DNA of 64,000 nucleotides. Source: an uncultured Gemmatimonadales bacterium. GTDB taxonomy: Bacteria; Gemmatimonadota; Gemmatimonadetes; Gemmatimonadales; GWC2-71-9. The notes under the pieces are model-generated. The model saw only the letters and a program-made list of their open reading frames with translations, was not told where the DNA came from and did no database searches. The translations under genes and the position numbers were made by a program. Positions 61,211 to 64,000 of this stretch are shown here, in pieces. Position 1 is the stretch's first letter. Every line of letters begins with the position of its first letter. The DNA lies in assembly GCA_963730185.1 (NCBI GenBank), contig CAVSQW010000006.1, forward strand, positions 320,001 to 384,000. The letters are read 5' to 3'.

Positions 61211-62380
61211 ATGCGCCGGCCGTTCTGGCAGCACGCTCTGCCCCTCGTCGCTTGCCTCGCCTGCGGTGGAGATGCGCCACCATCCGCTCCACCATCGCCG
61301 TCGGGTTATGGTACGGCCGGTGACGGCCGCCTGGGAGAAGTCCTCGCGAACATCCGGGTCAGCCGAGACCTTCCAGCGCTGGCCGCGATTCTGGTGGCGG
61401 GAAACCAGGTGGTCGAGACCGGGGCTGCCGGGCTCAGGGCGATCGGTCAGACGCCGCAGGTCACGACCACCGATCAGTGGCACATCGGATCGCTCACCAA
61501 GGCGATGACGGCCACGCTCGCCGGGGTATTGGTCGAGCGGGGTCGGATCGACTGGAGCACCCGGGTGCGAGACGCCCTGCCGGAACTGGTCGCTGGTTCG
61601 CAGGCCGAGCTCGTCGACGTGACCCTCCAGGAGCTGCTCAGCCACACTGCCGGCATCACGACCGACGTGACCCAGGCGCCGTCCTGGGCCACGCTCCGAA
61701 GCACCGCCGGACCGCTCCTGGAGCGCCGGAGGGCGTTCGCGGCCGAGTTGCTCGCGCTGCCACCGGCCGGCCCCCGCGGAACCTATGCCTACTCCAATGG
61801 CGGGTACATCGTGGCCGGGGCGATGCTCGAGGCGGCCACCGGCACCGCGTGGGAAGACCTCCTTCAGCAGGAGGTCCTCGGACCACTTGGGATGACGGGA
61901 ACGGGCTTCGGCGCGCCCGGCGAGGCGGCGACGCCGGACCAACCATGGGGTCATGTCCGACAGAGCGGGAGCTGGGTGGCGGTTCCACCGGGTCCCAACG
62001 CCGACAACCCGGACGTCCTCGGCCCGGCGGGCACCGTGCACACGACGCTGATGGATTATGCCCGGTTCATGATGGCGCATCTGGCCGGAGCCCGAGGCGT
62101 CGACGGGTTGGTCTCGGCCGCGACCTTCGCCCGCCTGCATACCCCAGCCCCGGGTACCAACTACGCGCTAGGCTGGGGCGTGATCGAGCGCAGTTGGGCC
62201 GACGGACTGGTGCTGCAGCACGCCGGCAGCAACAGCCTCTGGTACGCGGTCGTCTGGATCGCGCCCGAACGGAACCTCGCCATGTTCGCCGCCACCAACG
62301 CTGGCGGCGACCCGGCCCAGGCCGGAACCAACGACGCGATCACCGCCCTGATTGAACGATTCGACGCCCTCACCCGCTGA
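61211..62380 (+). CDS. Serine hydrolase, beta-lactamase family, probable lipoprotein
   Basis: GSLTK, LLSHTAG, YSNGG, HAGSN. Confidence 0.88.
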   Translation: MRRPFWQHALPLVACLACGGDAPPSAPPSPSGYGTAGDGRLGEVLANIRVSRDLPALAAILVAGNQVVETGAAGLRAIGQTPQVTTTDQWHIGSLTKAMTATLAGVLVERGRIDWSTRVRDALPELVAGSQAELVDVTLQELLSHTAGITTDVTQAPSWATLRSTAGPLLERRRAFAAELLALPPAGPRGTYAYSNGGYIVAGAMLEAATGTAWEDLLQQEVLGPLGMTGTGFGAPGEAATPDQPWGHVRQSGSWVAVPPGPNADNPDVLGPAGTVHTTLMDYARFMMAHLAGARGVDGLVSAATFARLHTPAPGTNYALGWGVIERSWADGLVLQHAGSNSLWYAVVWIAPERNLAMFAATNAGGDPAQAGTNDAITALIERFDALTR

Positions 62381-62499
62381 TCAGAGTCGAATCCCGGGCC
62401 CGACCACGAACCAAACGAGCGCCACCAGCACAGCGGCGGAGACCATGACGCTTCGCACCCCGGTCTCGCCCGGGGCCGGAGCGACCGAGGGGACGCGCT

Positions 62500-62730
62500 T
62501 CACGAACCGCGGACCACGTAGCCTCCCGCCGACAGCGTCCGATAGCCTCCGAGCACCTCGGTGGCGGTCCACAGCGTCGGCGTCCCGCCGGCCAACCATC
62601 CGCCCCGCATGTGCGCCCCCTCGTGGGCGGTGATGCCGAGGCAGGCCGCGAGCACCGATGCAGCCGCGTTTACCGCGATTGAGAGGCGGTCGGTGGGGAG
62701 CTCGAAGGGTGGCGTCGGATCGCTGGGCAC
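62500..62730 (-). pseudogene. Fragment of a membrane HExxH metalloprotease-like gene
   Basis: Hydrophobic segment followed by TAHEGAH, then truncation. Confidence 0.35.
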
Positions 62731-62781
62731 AAGGAGAGCACGGGGTCGGACCGGACCGGGTTTCGGGCGCGGCGGGCCGCA

Positions 62782-64000
62782 TCACCGAAGCGCTACCACC
62801 ATCGCCACGACGGCCCCGGCGACGAGGGCGGGGAGCATCCGTCGGATCAGCGCCACCGGCGTCACCCCCACCAGGCCCGCCGAGTAGACCACCACCGCCG
62901 CCACCGGCGACATGGTCCGGCCGAACGCGCCGCCCAGGCAGGCGAGCGCCGCGAGCCGGACCGAGTCGTGACCCGGCTCGACCTGGGTCAGGAACGTCTG
63001 CGCGAAGGCGAGAATCGGCCCCGAGCCCGAGCCGGACAGCGTCGCCAGGGCCCAGGGGAACCCACCAGACAGCAGCCTCAAGGCGTGGCTCTCGCTCGCC
63101 CGGCGGAGCAGCACCTCGGCCAACCCGACCGCGCCGATGCCGGCCCCGAAACACTGCGCGGTGATGGTCAGGGAGATGATCCCCCCGTAGGCCGACCCCA
63201 TGCCGTCGAAGAGACTCTTGGTGAGGGTGGCGATCTCGCGCCAGCCCACGATCCCGGCCAGGGCCGCTCCAATCAGCATGGCACGCACGACCGGCAGCGC
63301 GTTGGCGAGCGGAGCCCACTCTTCGCCGGGCGGGATCCGCACCAACCAACCCAGGCCCGGCACGCCGGCGTAGCCGAGCAGGAGCAGGACGATGGGTACC
63401 AGGGGGATCGCGGCCTTGAGCGGGTCGACCCGGAAATTCGGCCGGTCGTGCGGCACGTCGACCAGCACCCCGGCGTCGTCTTCCCGACCCGGCCTGGCGG
63501 CGCGTCGGTGCTGGAGGGTGAAGACCAGCGCGGCCGCCACCGCGCCCGCGATGCTGGCCGGGATGACCCGGGCGGAGAGCGCCACGGCCGAGAGCTTGGC
63601 AATGCCGGCCACCGCCTGCACGTCCTGCGCGCCGGGATTGAGGAGATCGCCACCGAAGGAGGCGCCGAGAATCAGCGCCGCGCCCGCGACGGCGGCGGGG
63701 AGGCCGCTGGCCAGGAGCAGAGGCACCAGAATCGGGCCGAGCGCGGCGGCAGTGCTGGCCTGGCTGGGCACCGCCATGTTCACCAGGTAGGCGACCAGGA
63801 TCCGCCCGGTACCACCAACCACGGCACTCTGCGGATCGGGCTGAGGAGCACGTGGACCAAATGCTTGTCGGCCCCGGTCGCCGCCATGATGGCCGCGAAG
63901 CCCATGGCCGCGCAGATCGGGGCCGCCATCGCGGTGACCATGGCGCGGGTGAAGGTGTCGGCCAGGGCGAGCGGCTGGCCGGCGAGGAGCATCAGCACCA
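62782..64000 (-). CDS. dcuC: C4-dicarboxylate transporter DcuC family, partial at window edge, frameshift near 63805
   Basis: ICAAMGFA, DKHLV, PSQAST, LLNPG, SGSG, GRTMSPVA; many TM segments. Confidence 0.75.
   Translation of the reverse strand, partial: GADAPRRPAARPGRHLHPRHGHRDGGPDLRGHGLRGHHGGDRGRQAFGPRAPQPDPQSAVVGGTGRILVAYLVNMAVPSQASTAAALGPILVPLLLASGLPAAVAGAALILGASFGGDLLNPGAQDVQAVAGIAKLSAVALSARVIPASIAGAVAAALVFTLQHRRAARPGREDDAGVLVDVPHDRPNFRVDPLKAAIPLVPIVLLLLGYAGVPGLGWLVRIPPGEEWAPLANALPVVRAMLIGAALAGIVGWREIATLTKSLFDGMGSAYGGIISLTITAQCFGAGIGAVGLAEVLLRRASESHALRLLSGGFPWALATLSGSGSGPILAFAQTFLTQVEPGHDSVRLAALACLGGAFGRTMSPVAAVVVYSAGLVGVTPVALIRRMLPALVAGAVVAMVVALR

Overview
High-GC bacterial DNA. The ADOP-type permease relic, PadR relic and many lipoproteins and peptidases suggest Gemmatimonadota or Acidobacteriota (inference). 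The core is an aromatic-CoA catabolic region (about 9.6-40.5 kb) with three ring-attack strategies: paaABCD (aerobic phenylacetyl-CoA epoxidase), a Thauera-type class I benzoyl-CoA reductase operon (bcrCBAD, GNAT, TetR, thiolase, oah, SDR, dch, had, hemerythrin), and boxCB (aerobic benzoyl-CoA epoxidase). Inside the bcr operon is an extra five-gene module that I cannot assign to a known pathway. It has an intact ketopantoate-reductase (PanE) domain fused to a 2-hydroxyacyl-CoA dehydratase/BcrB-like domain lacking all three Fe-S cysteines, a degenerate activase, a canonical dehydratase-like subunit, a canonical activase, and an acyl-CoA ligase with a Cys-rich tail. The bcr and box promoters share a 13-nt -35 block and a GAAC-N4-GTTC operator. 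Further right is a SAM-II riboswitch with a terminator-like platform ahead of a thrC-like/sulfur-carrier/MoeZ operon, then DNA glycosylases, a desaturase, peptidases/hydrolases, a structured leader at about 56 kb, and several gene relics. Many frameshifts (had, ligase, bcrA, bcrB, boxC, dcuC) are probably sequencing errors but need checking. All calls come from motif recognition, with no database searches.
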